Origin: Tubiluchus corallicola
Lineage: Eukaryota; Animalia; Priapulida
Assembly: GCA_030141605.1 (NCBI GenBank)
Contig: JAQGDQ010002387.1
Span: 1-64,000, forward strand
Length of the DNA: 64,000 nucleotides
Reading direction: 5' to 3'
Part shown: positions 60,776 through 64,000 of the stretch, one piece after another
Position numbering within the stretch: position 1 is the stretch's first letter
Layout: each line of letters opens with the position of its first letter
The notes under the pieces: model-generated
The model's input: only the letters and a program-made list of their open reading frames with translations
Told to the model about the DNA's origin: nothing
The model's database searches: none
Program-made: the position numbers and the translations under genes

Positions 60776-61914
60776 TTAAATTAACACAAAATTATTGCTT
60801 CATTGAATCATTTTTAATGGTGGCCCTTCCAGAATTCCGGTAAATCAGCCCGAGGATATTAATTACAATAAGGAACATAATATATATATATATTGTAATA
60901 TTAAAGGTATATATTATATGTATAATATATATTATATTATGTATATCTTTATATATTATATATATATGCACAAAATAATGAGCAACATTGTTAATGACAT
61001 CATAATGAACAACCGTTATATGCACAATGGTATTATTCTATGATAGAAAGTATATGGGACGCCGGCAATACATTTCTGACAAAAGCCTAGAATAATTTTG
61101 ACAGTTTTGAATATTTCTAGCAGAAATTAGAATTTCAATATAAAGTGTAATACCTGATTTATTTTTTTCATATAATATATTATAAAAAGGATATTTTACA
61201 TTGTGGTTTAAACTGTTAGTCAATAAAGAATTTCAAAATAATTCACTTAAACCTTCTTACAGTGCATGTGCTGTGAAATAATCCTAAGTCACTGTTTTAG
61301 ATGCCTGAGATGTGGCAGCCTTGGCCTCCATCCTAGTGTTCCTGCCTTGCACCCTATAGCTTATAAGTATTCTGCCTGGAAACTGTAGGATTGGATTTTC
61401 AAATAGTGAAAGAGATTTAAGAGGTTTATACCAGCATGCATACATGTTCAAAAACATGATCAAGAAAAAAATAAACTCCTGAAACGAACTCATGACTTCT
61501 TTTGATATTAGATTTTAAAAATAGACCAAATTAATACTGTAGTGAAAAAATGAGTACATGCTAGTTTTTTTTAATTTCGATAATGAGTGATGAAGAACAT
61601 CATTACTTAGGCTGCTCACACGAAAATTGTCAGTTAAGATTGTCTATGTTGTCTAAACAAGAAAATATATATGGACATTTGAATCTTACTGGTGGTTGTG
61701 TGTTGCTAGATTAAAGATTTATATTTCAAATTCATTGGAGAATATTTATATTTATTATATAAATGTGAGTGCACTTATAAAAGTTTTGTCATTTACACAT
61801 GTTAGCTTGTTACTGTCAGTCAATTTTTAGTTGTGTTTGGATATAGTGTGTAGTGCTACAAGTTTGGTATCATGGTATGACAAGAAAAATAGATTAGAAA
61901 GCTTAAAAAATTGT

Positions 61915-61980
61915 TTGCCAGATCTCTGGTATTGAACCCAGGTCTTCTGCATTTGTAGCAACAGTAGCCACAGAGGAATT
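61915..61980 (-). mobile_element. tRNA-derived SINE relic
   Basis: B-box-like GGGTTCAATACC on the minus strand. Confidence 0.35.
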
Positions 61981-62118
61981 TCTATTTTTTGCGCTAGCAA
62001 ATAAGTTACATTAAGCAGCTTAGAATACTTAGAGCTAAGAAGTTTAAACAATGTAGCAAAGAGCATTTAAATCATCAAGAAATTGCTAAAACTAATCAAT
62101 AGTTTGTTTTCAGAGCCA

Positions 62119-63474
<1,356 letters not shown>

Positions 63475-64000
63475 GTAAGTTGCATATGCTAATCATTTAT
63501 TTGTGCATATCAATTGGTATAACTTTTAGATATAAGCAGGGGTAAGATTTATAGAACTGATGCGTATTTCACTGTTTAGTTAAGCATTGTTGGGCTTTTT
63601 GGAAAATGTATGATTGAGCAGTTTGTATTAAAGTTTGGTAGCACATAAGCTTGGTGGTCCAGTGGATCACAGTTTGAGCTTCATATTCAGTAGAAATGCA
63701 CATACCCTGACACCATCCTTTAGATAGCTGTCCATCCTAGGGTTGTCAATCAGACGAATGAGGACATGTAAATAAATAAATATGCTAAGTGTCGCAGTTT
63801 TTTGACCATTTTTGGATGCTCAAGTTTTACTTTTTACCTTTGTTAGTTATAACGTGAAATCTACATGCTTTAATAATTTCAATACTCGATGTATACTTGA
63901 GCTAAACTACATTCATTATTTTAAGAAACTATTCTCTTAAGTATAAATTAGAGGTTTGTAAACTTTGCAGGAATTACCACAGTTATCAGATGCTATAGGA

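Overview
AT-rich, intron-rich animal genomic DNA, most likely from an invertebrate; the taxon cannot be fixed from the sequence alone. It carries four complete housekeeping genes and the 5' part of a fifth: PEX13 (+, 9 coding exons), N-myristoyltransferase NMT (-, 12), OPA1 (+, 4 coding exons, one very large), PSMC5/RPT6 (-, 12) and RAD54L2/ARIP4 (+, partial, with a GC-AG intron). Exon chains were built by hand from GT-AG junctions and reading-frame phase. Introns and intergenic DNA are rich in CR1/L2-group LINEs, MITEs and SINE relics. The most unusual items are: (1) a TSD-flanked inverted pair of minimal hammerhead ribozymes (Penelope/retrozyme-like) in PEX13 intron 5; (2) a near-intact LINE whose ORF2 begins with ~290 hydrophobic residues ending in a 2A-like GGIETNPGP motif, broken only at A-homopolymers; (3) a 646-bp Gypsy-derived mini-element with inverted LTR ends, a PBS, a gag stub and a near-perfect 5-bp TSD; (4) a 2.4-kb uninterrupted OPA1 coding exon; (5) a foldback element built from nested palindromes.
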